This document shows positions 36,053-46,300 of a stretch of 64,000 bases of DNA, piece after piece. The notes under the pieces are model-generated. The model was not told the origin of the DNA, searched no databases, and saw only the letters and a list, made by a program, of their open reading frames with translations. The DNA lies in NCBI GenBank assembly GCA_965207865.1, contig CBDBNP010000007.1, forward strand, positions 399,935 through 463,934, in the 5' to 3' direction. This DNA is from Dehalococcoidia bacterium. Lineage in GTDB: Bacteria; Chloroflexota; Dehalococcoidia; Lucifugimonadales; UBA3495. The translations under genes and the position numbers were made by a program. How positions within the stretch are numbered: position 1 is the first letter of the stretch; each line of letters starts with the position of its first letter.

Positions 36053-36901
36053 ATGCGATCGATTGCTATCGTCCTGTTACTGTTGCCGGCGCTCCTTATT
36101 GGAGCGGTCGCCTGCGGAGCCCAGGAGACCGAACCCGCGACCATAGCAGCCCCAACCCAGACCCCGGTCACCGAGCCTACTGCAATACCGGATCCCACCG
36201 CGAGCGATGCCGCTCCGGCAACTCAGGCACCGACGGAACCTGCGTCGGCGGTTGAGCCGACGGCAGTACCACAAACCGTCAATCCTGGACCTGCCCCGAC
36301 CGATGCACCGACACCGCAGCCCACTACCGCTCCCGCGACCGAAGAACCGACGGAGGTCCCGGATCCTGAACCGGCCGAGGGCGGACCCGGCCCAGACTCG
36401 TTCATAGTGGGGGAGGGATCGCAAATCACCTTCACCGTGGAGGAGGAGCTGAACCGCGCCCCGGTCCGCTTTGATGCGGTCATTTCCGGCTCCGGCCTGA
36501 CCGGGTTCGCCAACCTCGACGGAAGCCCTTCGCTGATCACGCTGGACCTGCACTCGCTGGAAAGCGACCAGAGCTTCCGCGACCGCTACATTCGCGATCG
36601 GATGTTTCCGAGCACCCCGACGGCCACGGTGACCTTTGAAAAGTTGCCCGACCTGCCTCAGAGCTTCCTGGACGGCGAGGAAACGGAGGGCACGCTGGAC
36701 GGCTCACTACAGATCGGCGACACCGTTACGCCCCTGACGTTTGACGTGATGGCGCGGCTCGATCCCGGCGTCATCAACGTGCTGGGAAAGACGACCTTCA
36801 CCTGGGACGAGCTGGGCCTGGGCAAGCCGGTCTTCGGCCCGGTGGCCTACCTGGCCGACGAGGTGCGAGTGCAGGTGCTGATAGTAGCCCACGAGCAGTA
36901 G
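36053..36901 (+). CDS. YceI-like domain lipoprotein with a long Pro/Thr/Ala linker
   Basis: Lipobox LIGAVAC, a low-complexity linker of about 90 aa, then a YceI pattern (SQITFTVEE...SLESDQSFRDRYIRD...TVTPLTFDV). Confidence 0.7.
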   Translation: MRSIAIVLLLLPALLIGAVACGAQETEPATIAAPTQTPVTEPTAIPDPTASDAAPATQAPTEPASAVEPTAVPQTVNPGPAPTDAPTPQPTTAPATEEPTEVPDPEPAEGGPGPDSFIVGEGSQITFTVEEELNRAPVRFDAVISGSGLTGFANLDGSPSLITLDLHSLESDQSFRDRYIRDRMFPSTPTATVTFEKLPDLPQSFLDGEETEGTLDGSLQIGDTVTPLTFDVMARLDPGVINVLGKTTFTWDELGLGKPVFGPVAYLADEVRVQVLIVAHEQ

Positions 36902-36959
36902 TCGCGGCTGCTATAGTAGCCTGCACACCATCCCAACCTTGTCGTGGGGGGAGTACCGA

Positions 36960-38696
36960 GTGAAGTCAGTGGGCCTTGCATTGCTCACTATTCTCGCATT
37001 ACTGGCCACCGCTTGCATTGTGGAGGAGCCGACACAACGCCCGACTCGCGAAGATAGGCAAGGCATTGACCCTACACTGGAAGCAAGAATAGAAGCAGCA
37101 AGGCAGGCGGATGCGGCAATTAAGGCCACGATCGAGGCGCGCATGGCCACACCACTGAGCGCTCCCGGTGGCACGGAACCACCACGGCCAAATGCAACTC
37201 CCTTGCCTGGTTCGACCGTCCCTCCCTCTGCCACTCCCCTGCCTGGTCCGACCATCCCTCCCTCTGCCACTCCCCTGCCTGGTCCGACCATCCCTCCCTC
37301 TGCCACTCCCCTGCCTGGCCCAACCTTCTATCCCACAGCCATTCCGTTGCCTTTCCTCCCGACGCCGACGCCTCTACCCACCCTTTCCCCATTGGAGATT
37401 CTCTCTCTAACCAAATACGCAGACCGGTACGCCGGAGGGCCGGGAGCAATCTATGTAGGCGATCTTGGGCAGTTGGCAGGGCCGGCTGTTACGGAAGAAT
37501 ACATGCCGTCACACGGGACAATCATGGGAGACGACAACGGACAGGTCCCCCTGTACGCGCTCGAACAACACCTTTGGATCTATGAGACCGATTACTACCA
37601 GTCGCTGCTGGAAAGGGCCAGGTTGACCGACCCCACCCAGTTGGTCTCAAGAGGGGAAAGGATTTCCCTGCAGCATACCTGTATTAACAGACTGCTGCTG
37701 TGGTGTCAGATGTTGGAGGCCAACTTCGTCCCAAATGTAACGGCACGCACCAACAGGCAAGTCCACATAGATGTTTCCTCCTTTCCGGAATTGGGTATCG
37801 CCGGTCCGGACACAACGTATCTGATAGCCGACGGGACCCTGGACATGACCGAGATTTACGGTGGCTACGTGGGCGCAGAGTACCCTCAGATGTCCTTGCA
37901 ATACCTGTGGGGACTGTGGCCTGACCATCAGACACACTTCGCAATTCAGACCAGCATCGCTCCAGAACTAGACCGGGTTGTTGCTGGAGAAATGAACTCA
38001 CAGGTGTTGATGCGCAACTGGATTGCGGCGGACGATCAGTACATATTCAGTGATCTACACCTGAATTCCCCCGCCGATTTCCGAGGCCTGAGGACACGGA
38101 GCCATTCGACTGAGCTGTCCGACTGGCTGGGCGGAATAGGGGCGTCGGCCCAGTTTGTAGCCTTCGCCGAGGCCTACACAGCTATGGAACGGGGGATACT
38201 GGATGCTGCCGTAACCGGCGGCAACCCTGCGCTCGACCAGCGATGGCACGAAGTAACCGAATACATGAACGGGCCGATAACGAACTTTAACTCCACGATC
38301 ATCGCAATCAACGACCAGGTCTGGGACAGCATCCCCGGCGATCTTCAGCAAATCCTGCTTGAGGAGGGCGCGAAGTTCGAGCTGGAGGTGCTGCGCCTGG
38401 CTGCCATTCAAAACATCACGCCCCTCCAGAGGAATTTAGAAGCCGGAATGGAATACGCAGAGTTCAGTACGGAGATAAGAACGTTGGGCTTTGAATCTGC
38501 TATAGAAAGCGTCATACCCGGCTGGATCGAAAGGCTTGGGTATCCCGGGTCAGGCCACGAAACAGTGGAGACATTCAACGAGCACGTCGGCCCCTACGTC
38601 GGCCTGTATATCGACGAGAATGGCTCGGCGGTCAGGACCGGCATCACCGCAGGTCCCCATGCCGGCAAGACCATGGAGCAAGTACTGGCGGAATAG
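36960..38696 (+). CDS. TRAP-type (DctP-like) solute-binding lipoprotein with a proline-rich repeat linker
   Basis: Lipobox LLATAC. The C-terminal part resembles DctP (...FRGLRTRSHS...AYTAMERGILDAAVTG...WHEVTEYM...). GTG 36960 lies 7 nt after GGGGGGAG. No dctQM genes are nearby. Confidence 0.6.
   Translation: MKSVGLALLTILALLATACIVEEPTQRPTREDRQGIDPTLEARIEAARQADAAIKATIEARMATPLSAPGGTEPPRPNATPLPGSTVPPSATPLPGPTIPPSATPLPGPTIPPSATPLPGPTFYPTAIPLPFLPTPTPLPTLSPLEILSLTKYADRYAGGPGAIYVGDLGQLAGPAVTEEYMPSHGTIMGDDNGQVPLYALEQHLWIYETDYYQSLLERARLTDPTQLVSRGERISLQHTCINRLLLWCQMLEANFVPNVTARTNRQVHIDVSSFPELGIAGPDTTYLIADGTLDMTEIYGGYVGAEYPQMSLQYLWGLWPDHQTHFAIQTSIAPELDRVVAGEMNSQVLMRNWIAADDQYIFSDLHLNSPADFRGLRTRSHSTELSDWLGGIGASAQFVAFAEAYTAMERGILDAAVTGGNPALDQRWHEVTEYMNGPITNFNSTIIAINDQVWDSIPGDLQQILLEEGAKFELEVLRLAAIQNITPLQRNLEAGMEYAEFSTEIRTLGFESAIESVIPGWIERLGYPGSGHETVETFNEHVGPYVGLYIDENGSAVRTGITAGPHAGKTMEQVLAE
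37194..37337 (+). repeat. In-frame 36-nt tandem repeat (4 units: 2 identical, 2 diverged) encoding ATPLPGPTIPPS
   Basis: Units at 37194, 37230, 37266 and 37302. Units 2 and 3 are identical, and units 1 and 4 are diverged. Confidence 0.9.
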
Positions 38697-38706
38697 CCGG
38701 CGCCCA

Positions 38707-39858
38707 TCAATTCACCACCAGGTCCTGGCCTAGTTGCGTCAGCGTCTCGCAGCCCTCGGTGGTGGTGATGACCGTGTCGCCGATGGACATGGCGAGCACG
38801 TTGTCCGCGTCCAGCAGGATCATGTGCATGAATATGACCATGTTGGGCTGGATGACCACGGGGTTATCGCGGTAGATCATCGGCCAGTCCATCCACGTCG
38901 GCGGGTATAGTGCGCCCAGGCTGTAGCCGCAAGCGTTGAGCTTGTGGTCGCCGAAACCGGAATCGTCCAGCGCGTCGGCGTGGGCCTGGAAGATGTCGCC
39001 AAAGGTGGCACCGGGACGGCAGGCGTCCTTGCAGGCTTGCAGGGCCTCGGCGCAGGCGGCGTGCATGGCCACGTGGCGCGGGTCGGGCTCGCCGGTCAGG
39101 ATGGTGCGCATCAGGGCCGAGTGGTAGTGACGGTAGGCCCCGCCGAATTCCAGCTGGAGCTGGTCGTTGTCGCCAAGGGTGCGGTAGCCGGTGAAGTTGC
39201 GGACATTCAGGGCAGTCTCCCCCGAGCCGATGATGAACCGCGTCGCCGTGTAGTCGCCGCCTCCCTGGAAAACCGCCGATGTCATGGCGGCCAGGATGTC
39301 CTGCTCAGGGATGCCGGCCTGGGCCGCACGCTGGGCCGCCAGCCACGCATCGTCGGCCAGGACGCCCGCCCGGCGCACGTACTCGATCTCGGCGTCGCTC
39401 TTGACCAGGCGCAGGCGGCTGACCAGGTCTGACTGGTCCTCCCACTGGCATTTGCCCTCCATGGCGGCGCGGACGTACTCCCATCGCCGGCCGGTGAGGC
39501 ACCAGGCCTCCAGCTCCACTCCGACTCTCTGTCCACGGCAGCCCTGCTCCTCCAGGATGTCCCACAGGTCCTGCCCGGGATTGACGCCAGCACGGTCCAC
39601 CCAAATGCGGATGTCCTCGATCACCGACGTCAGCCGGGCCTGGCGCAGGTCCGCCGAGCGCGTCAGCAGAACGAGGCGGCCATCTGCGCCGAGGTAGAGG
39701 CACTGGAACTGGGAGTAGCCGGTGGTGTCATAGCCGGTCAGGTAGTACATGCTTTCCTGCCGGAATATCAATAGCGCGGCCAGGCCGCTGACCCGCAGTT
39801 CGTCCACCACACGATCGCGGCGGGACCTCAGTTCCTCCTCGGTGAAATGCAACGCCAT
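38707..39858 (-). CDS. M24-family Xaa-Pro dipeptidase / creatinase-like hydrolase
   Basis: Creatinase-type N-domain (...ALLIFRQESMYYLTGY...) plus a pita-bread C-domain. Confidence 0.8.
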   Translation of the reverse strand: MALHFTEEELRSRRDRVVDELRVSGLAALLIFRQESMYYLTGYDTTGYSQFQCLYLGADGRLVLLTRSADLRQARLTSVIEDIRIWVDRAGVNPGQDLWDILEEQGCRGQRVGVELEAWCLTGRRWEYVRAAMEGKCQWEDQSDLVSRLRLVKSDAEIEYVRRAGVLADDAWLAAQRAAQAGIPEQDILAAMTSAVFQGGGDYTATRFIIGSGETALNVRNFTGYRTLGDNDQLQLEFGGAYRHYHSALMRTILTGEPDPRHVAMHAACAEALQACKDACRPGATFGDIFQAHADALDDSGFGDHKLNACGYSLGALYPPTWMDWPMIYRDNPVVIQPNMVIFMHMILLDADNVLAMSIGDTVITTTEGCETLTQLGQDLVVN

Positions 39859-39963
39859 TTCGCACCCTCCGTTTCCGTCCGCTATCGGTTCTGTAGGCGA
39901 TGCAAGTATAATCTGCGGAAATCCGGACGCAAGAATACAGTCCCGCGCAGATGGAGGTCCGAT

Positions 39964-40923
39964 ATGGCTACCGTCAACACCGTTCTCGGGACCATCGATT
40001 CCTCGGAAATGGGGTTCACGCTACCCCACGAACACCTCATCGACTCCTCGGCAGGCATTCGCATCAGCTACGGCGAGCTGGAGCTGCGCGACCGGGCGCT
40101 GGATATGGCGCTGGATGACTTCAGCAAGGCCAAGGCCGGAGGTGTCGACACGGTCGTCGAGGTTTCGCCCATGGACCTCGGCCGGGATGTGGCGCTGATG
40201 AGGGAGGTGTCAGAGGCAACGGGAGTCAACTTCGTCTGCTGCACCGGCTGCTGGCTGGATATTCCGCGCAGCTTCTGGTGGCGGGACAAGGAGTTCATCG
40301 CCGACCTGTGGGTGCGCGAAGTCGAGGAAGGCATCGACGGAACGGACATCAAGGCAGGGATCATCAAGGTGGCCACCAGCGACCCCATCACTGAGCACGA
40401 GGAGCTGATGTTGCGCGCCTCGGCCCGCACCCACCTGCGCACGGGCATCCCCATCACGACTCACACTCCGCCCATGTCGCGCATCGGCGAACGGCAGGTG
40501 CAGATCCTGACCGAGGAAGGCGTGGAGCCTCAGAACATCTACGTGGGCCACATCAACCAGACCCTCGACCCCGACTACCACCGGGAGCTGGCCCGCCTGG
40601 GCGTCTGGTTGGGCTGGGACATCAACAACGCCTTTGGCCGCCCGCACCTGCCGCCGTGGGAGCAGCGGGCCGAGTACCTGAAGAACCTGCTTGACGGGGG
40701 CATCGAGTCGAACATGATGCTGTCTCACGACTGGAACGTGGTCCTGTCCCGCCTCAGCACATCAGGGTTCCCCAGCCGCGACCAGAACCCAGACGGCTAC
40801 CTGTGGCTGAGCAACAAGTTCATCCCGCAGTTGATGGAGCTGGGAGTCCAGCAGGAGACCGTCGACCGCATGATGATCGAAAACCCCCGCCGCCACTTCG
40901 AGAGCGTCAAGCCGGAGGCCTGA
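39964..40923 (+). CDS. Phosphotriesterase-family (PTE/PHP) amidohydrolase-fold protein
   Basis: GFTLPHEHL metal-binding HxH motif at the N-terminus with TIM-barrel layout. RBS GGAGG before ATG 39964. Confidence 0.85.
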   Translation: MATVNTVLGTIDSSEMGFTLPHEHLIDSSAGIRISYGELELRDRALDMALDDFSKAKAGGVDTVVEVSPMDLGRDVALMREVSEATGVNFVCCTGCWLDIPRSFWWRDKEFIADLWVREVEEGIDGTDIKAGIIKVATSDPITEHEELMLRASARTHLRTGIPITTHTPPMSRIGERQVQILTEEGVEPQNIYVGHINQTLDPDYHRELARLGVWLGWDINNAFGRPHLPPWEQRAEYLKNLLDGGIESNMMLSHDWNVVLSRLSTSGFPSRDQNPDGYLWLSNKFIPQLMELGVQQETVDRMMIENPRRHFESVKPEA

Positions 40924-41179
40924 TACGCATAGTCAGCACGAGATGGATGGGAGTGACTGCCATCACGGGTCGCCCTCTCTTCCGCGGACTGGAGTTCCGG
41001 TGGCGGAACCTGACCTCGGAGCCAAATTGGATCCAAATTCGGGCCAATTGCCTTTCCTTGCGGAATCTGGTCGTAAATATGCGAATTCGGTCACAGTCGC
41101 ACTTGGTCTTTAGCCTGAATCATCCCGCAGGACACGGTTTGAAGCATCCTGCTACTACGTAGGATGCCGATAATCCTTA

Positions 41180-41207
41180 TTGACAAACGAATATCAATCC
41201 ATATAAT
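41180..41207 (+). promoter_or_regulatory. Near-consensus sigma70-type promoter (TTGACA-16 nt-TATAAT) for the ABC substrate-binding protein gene
   Basis: TTGACA 41180-41185 and TATAAT 41202-41207, about 95 nt upstream of the GTG 41303 start. Confidence 0.55.
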
Positions 41208-41302
41208 ATGACAAGTTTGCATTGTCGGCGACCCGCGATTTTCGTCGGACGACAAACCCATCACAGGCCGGGGAGGATCTCCGAGGCCCTAAAGGAGAGG
41301 TA

Positions 41303-43261
41303 GTGTTTAACCGAAGATCTGGATTCTCAAGGTTATGGTTCCCCATTCTGCTGCTGATGGCGTTGGCACTGATCGTGGCATGCGGCACGTCGGCGACGGA
41401 AGAACCGACCAGCGCGCCTGCGGCCGCTCCCGAGGCAACGGCAGCGCCGCAAGCGGCTGCAACTGAAGCACCCCAAGCGGAACAAGAAGAGGAAGAGCAG
41501 GCGGCCCCAACTACAGCGGCGGCGCCTCAGCCGACCTCGACTCCGCGGCCCGCCCCCACCACGGCGGTACAGACACATGTATCGGAAGGGGTCATGAACT
41601 ACGGCGTCAAGGAGACCGGTGTGTTCGAGGGTCACCCCCGGTTCATGTCCAGCCCGCGCGTCCAGTATTCCTCCGTATCATTCGGCGAATCCTTGGTCGC
41701 CATCCAAAAAGACTTGTCCCCTGGCCCGATGCTCGCATCGGAATGGGACATTTCGGACAACGGCCAGATATGGACATTCAAAGTTCGCGATGACGTTGAA
41801 TTCCACCACAAGTGTGGACCGGACGCCAACGAGAGCTGCGGAAACCTGAACATTCACGACGTGCTCTGGAACTACAAACAATGGCACGAGGGTTCCCTGA
41901 ACGCCCGCGCCGGGATCATCGGCGACTTCTGGGTCGGCAAGGCCGGCGGCTCCCAGAACGTCATCGATGACTACACCGTCGAGGTCGACACCGGCGAGCC
42001 CTGGCTCCGGGAACGGGCCTTCGAGTTCATGCGGACCCTGGGCGGCGTCAGCACCACCCTCGTGAGCATGCAGCAGACCCGCGACATCTTCGAGAGGGCC
42101 GGAAACAACTGGGACGACCGTTACAGCGAGCCGGGCGTGGCCACCGAGGAATACGAAGCTGCCGCGAAGGAAGCGAGCAAGAATATTTCAGCGACCGGCC
42201 CGTGGGAAATCATCGGACCGACCAACGAGAGCAGCGTCTGGCGTTTCACCTCCGTTGACAACCACTGGCGGCAAACCCCCTACTTCGCAGAGCTCAACAT
42301 CAGGTCCATCCCCGAGGAAGCCACCCGCGTAGCGGCCTTCCAGACTGGCGAGCTGGATATCATGGAAATGGCCTTCGACTCGCTGGCTGCGGTGCAGGCC
42401 GTTGAGGGCACCGAGATAGTCGCGTGGCCCAACGCCACCCAATCGGGTCTGAACATCTACGGGCAGACCTATGGCGTGGACAAGGAGGGCAATCCCTACA
42501 GCAACCACGACTGCAACAACGCCTGGGTGTCCTGCGACGAGGATCCCACATCCCAGGAATGGCAGGACGCAGTCAAGGTCAAAAAGGCCATGGCCATCTC
42601 GATCAATCGGCAGGAAATCGTGGACGAGCTGCTGGCCGGCTTTGGCGCACCTCTTTACCTCAGGGACTGGATGGGCTTCGAACACAAGGCCGATCCTAGG
42701 TGGACCCATGAGTACGACCCGGAGATGGCAAAGCAACTCCTGGAAGAGGCTGGCTACGGTCCTGGCAACGAGTTCACCATCACTCTCGCCACCGCCATTC
42801 GTGGCCGACCCGCCGAGGTGGAAGCCTGCGAAGCGGTTGGCGGATACTGGCAGGCCGTCGGCATCAACGTCAATTTCCAGCGGATTCCTTACGCCACCCT
42901 CAGGCCTGAGCTGATTACCCGTACGTTCCAGGGAGCCACCTGTCACGCTACTAGCCAGCGCTTGACTCCCGCCATTGGCGCCGGCAACTACGTGGCGAAT
43001 TCCACCTTCAGCTACGGCACGGAGCACCCGTGGCTGGAGGAGAACGTCACTGCCCTGCTGGCCGAGACCAACCCGACAGAGGTTGAACGGAGGGAGAGGG
43101 AGGTCTTCGACTGGATGTACGACAATGTAATGGCCTTCGGTCTCTATTCGATCCACGGCATTTGGCCCGTGGGCAAGCGGCTCGACCCAGAATGGACGCC
43201 CATCGACTTCAGCGAACTCTCCTCCCCACAGGCCTTCGAATACATCAAGCACCGCCAGTAG
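41303..43261 (+). CDS. ABC transporter substrate-binding lipoprotein, family 5 (peptide/nickel/opine type)
   Basis: Lipobox LIVAC plus an Ala/Pro/Glu/Thr-rich linker, then an SBP_bac_5-like body. Start at GTG 41303 after AAAGGAGAGG. No permease or ATPase genes are adjacent. Confidence 0.8.
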   Translation: MFNRRSGFSRLWFPILLLMALALIVACGTSATEEPTSAPAAAPEATAAPQAAATEAPQAEQEEEEQAAPTTAAAPQPTSTPRPAPTTAVQTHVSEGVMNYGVKETGVFEGHPRFMSSPRVQYSSVSFGESLVAIQKDLSPGPMLASEWDISDNGQIWTFKVRDDVEFHHKCGPDANESCGNLNIHDVLWNYKQWHEGSLNARAGIIGDFWVGKAGGSQNVIDDYTVEVDTGEPWLRERAFEFMRTLGGVSTTLVSMQQTRDIFERAGNNWDDRYSEPGVATEEYEAAAKEASKNISATGPWEIIGPTNESSVWRFTSVDNHWRQTPYFAELNIRSIPEEATRVAAFQTGELDIMEMAFDSLAAVQAVEGTEIVAWPNATQSGLNIYGQTYGVDKEGNPYSNHDCNNAWVSCDEDPTSQEWQDAVKVKKAMAISINRQEIVDELLAGFGAPLYLRDWMGFEHKADPRWTHEYDPEMAKQLLEEAGYGPGNEFTITLATAIRGRPAEVEACEAVGGYWQAVGINVNFQRIPYATLRPELITRTFQGATCHATSQRLTPAIGAGNYVANSTFSYGTEHPWLEENVTALLAETNPTEVERREREVFDWMYDNVMAFGLYSIHGIWPVGKRLDPEWTPIDFSELSSPQAFEYIKHRQ

Positions 43262-43313
43262 AGGCCTACTGTAGTGCATCCTCTGCCACATACGCCGAGG
43301 AAAATAAAAGAAA

Positions 43314-43343
43314 AGGCCCGCCCCGATTGTTCGGGGCGGGCCT
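43314..43343. terminator. Bidirectional rho-independent terminator between convergent genes
   Basis: Perfect 12-bp stem AGGCCCGCCCCG-ATTGTT-CGGGGCGGGCCT. It is flanked by an A-rich tract upstream (AAAATAAAAGAAA, T-rich on the minus strand) and CTTATTG downstream. Confidence 0.75.
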
Positions 43344-43383
43344 CTTATTGCCAGTGTTGTTGCCGCCACAGCGGCGTCGGAGC

Positions 43384-46300
43384 CTACCGCCGGACGAAGC
43401 GGCGGGCGGTTAGCTCGCGGTAGAGCATGGGCAGGCGCTCGGGGAGGGCCCAGATGTCGCCCAGGACCTCGTAGCCCATGTCTCCGCACATGCTCTTCAG
43501 GTAGTCGTGCCCCGCCTTGTCGACCGTCAAGCAGAACGGCGTGATGTTCTGCTGGCGGGCCTCCACCAACGCCATGTGGGTGTCGTGGACAGCGTACTCC
43601 TTCTCCACGCCCTCGCGGCTGTAGCCCCGGTCCTGGGGCCGACCGTCGCTAACCAGGAACATGATCTTGGTGTGCGCGTCCTGGTTCTCCAGCTTGGTGA
43701 TGGCGTGGCGAATGGCCGCACCCATGCGGGTGGCGTGCAGCGGCGTGATCTTGTCGATGCGCCGCTTGACCTTATCGCCAAAGTTTTCGGTGATGTCCTT
43801 GATCACATAGAACTCGACGTTCTCGCGGCCGTAGCCGGAGAAGCCGTAGATACCGTAGGTGTCACCGATGTTCTCCAGAGCCTGCACCAGCAGCGCCGTG
43901 CTCTCCTTCTCGAGATCGATGATGCGCTTGTAGTTGCGCCGCACCAGGCCCTCGCGGCGGCGGCGCAGCCAGACCATGTACTCCACCGGATCGTCGGGCG
44001 CGTCGCGGTCGTCCACCATCTGGCGACCCTCGTCGATGGCCTCGGCGGTGGAGGCGCTCATGTCCAGCAGGAACACCACCGCCACGTCGCGACGGTTGCG
44101 GTTGCGGTGCCAGTAGATCTTGTCATCCGGCGGGATGTTCATTTTCAGGTCTACCCAGGCCTCGAGCGTCGCGTTGAGGTCCAGGTCTTCGCCGTCGATG
44201 AGCCGGTAGGTCTTGCGCATGCTCTCCGGCATGATCAGCTCGAACTGCCGGCGGATGTGGGCCGAAAGGGACGCGTAGTTCTTCAGGGAGTCCTGGTAGA
44301 AGTTTATGTCGCCCTCTTCGACCATCTTCTCCTTGACGATGCACCACCTGGGCTTGTAGTCGTTGGCCCGGAAGTCCCACTCGTCGTACAGGTAGGTCTG
44401 AGGCTCGCGGGTCTCCAGCTCCCCGCCGGAGTCGTCGTCGTGCATCAGCGGGCCGTAGCCCTGGCCGGGCTGCGAGTTGGGCGGCGGCGCCCCGGCCTCC
44501 TTCATGATGTTCTGGGCGAAGGTGGTCATGGCGTCGGTGATGTCGCCCTGCTCCGCGTCCAGTTCCAGCTCGTCGCTGTCCTGCAGGAGTTGCTCCAGCA
44601 TCTCCTGGGTCATGGGCTGCGCTTCGCCGTCCTGGTCGCCGCTGTCGGCTTGGAGACGGGTAAGCAGCTGCACCATCTCGGGCTTGAAATCGCCGCGGTA
44701 GTCTACAGGCTCGGGCGACTCGTAGGACTCATCGCCCTCCTGGTTCTCACCGCGCTGGTCCATGTCGGCCTGCAGGCGGTCAACCAGGTCCTGGTACTCC
44801 TCCTCGTTGAAGTCGCCGGGCTCCTCCAGGTCCTGCTCGTCCCAGTTTTCCTCGTCTTCGGTCTGGTTGGGCAGGCGGGAGATGATCTCATAGGCGCGGA
44901 GGGTGGCCTCGGCGGTGTCCTCCACATTGGCCTCTGCGGTGCGAAGTTGGTGCAGAATGCGCGAGAGCATCTCCGCAACTTCCTCATAGCCCTCGGGCAC
45001 GGGGAGGCCGGTGAACCTTTCGAGGCTCATGTGAACGAGCAATTCAACCATGGCCTGGTGCAGCGGCATTTGTTCAATGGGAGGGCGGTCGTCCAATGCA
45101 TCCTGCTGGACCCGCGAAGCAGCACGACGAATGCCGGGATACTCCACATTTATCCGATAGTCCAGCCTTCCGTCCTCCAGCACAGTGAACAGGTCGAAGG
45201 CCAGCTTTCCGTTCTCGAACAAGGCCAGGAAGCGCCCTATGTCGGTATATGCCCGGATAGTGCCCGCGTTTTCCTGGGGCATCATTGCCTGAGGCATCAA
45301 TTCGGTGGAGCCACCTGGTCCCACCTCCATGAAGGTGACTTCAACATCGGCCTCGCCACCGGCCATTTCCCGCGCCATCTCGATCATGGCCTGGCGAGCG
45401 GCCTGCTCCTCCGCGCGCTTGGCGTTGATTTCCTCTTCAACGGCGTGGCGGCGGTCCTCGAACTGCGTAGCTGGGTCGTCGAACCGGAACTCAAAGCTGC
45501 CAAACTCCAAACGACTGACCTGGTGAGTGGAAACCACCTTGAACCAGGAGAAGTTGTCCTGCTTGTTGGAATACCGATCGACCACCGGCGGCAGGAACAC
45601 CTTTGACCCGTCGGTTGAGGCAGTATCCTCGTCCACCCATCCGATGTTCCGGCGGACAAGCTCCTGGGAGTTCATGATCTCCACCCCAGCACCCGAAAGT
45701 GCCCGGCAGTACAAGCGTATGATGCCCTTGACCCGGTCCAGCTCCAGGCTGGATGACAGGGTCTCCAGCATCTGCTCGGAGGTGTTGGACTCGATCTTGA
45801 AGAAAGCGATGCCGCTTTCGGGGTTTTCCTGCAGTAGCCGCATGCCGTGCTGGTACCAAGTGTCCAACTGGCTGACGGTGATGCGATTCAGCACGCTGTC
45901 CAGGCTGCGCAGGAAGGGCGGCACGGCCTCGGGGGCCACCGCTACCAGCTGGTCGCACAGGTCCAGGATGTAGCCCTGGTTACCTTGCGGCACACGTCCC
46001 AGCGCCTGGGTGCCATCGGCCAGGAAGCGCGAAGTGTCGCGCAGCCCAACCTTGGCCAACCGCTCTCCCAGTTTGAGGAAACGGCCCGTCTGGGCCTCAT
46101 CGACGTGCTGCAAGGCACGGGGCACCAGCTCCAGACAGGTCTTGACCTCGCGCCAGCTGGTGTCGATCAGGGCGCGGGTCATGGCCAAGAAGGGCTCACG
46201 CTCGCGGCCCATGCCAGGCAGGACATCCTTGCCCAGGGTGAGACATTCGCTGGCCACGTCGTACGACTTGTACGACAAGGCCTCAATCAGGGAGGCGAAA

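Noticed and set aside
37194-37337. Regular 36-nt repeats were initially considered as a possible CRISPR-like or intergenic array.
   Set aside because: There are no spacers (units are directly adjacent). The repeat is in frame inside a lipoprotein gene and encodes a Pro-rich linker. No cas genes are present in the window.
41144-41167. Hairpin GCATCCT-N10-AGGATGC just upstream of the SBP promoter, considered as a terminator for the phosphotriesterase-family gene.
   Set aside because: No U-tract follows, and it lies 220 nt from the upstream stop codon. A 7-bp stem alone is weak evidence.
43507-45606. 699-aa plus-strand ORF (and 45847-46872 plus) antisense to the vWA gene.
   Set aside because: Its composition is low-information (Leu/Val/Gly/Ala/His repeats), with no RBS and no motif. 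The opposite strand encodes a coherent vWA protein with a MIDAS motif and operon coupling.
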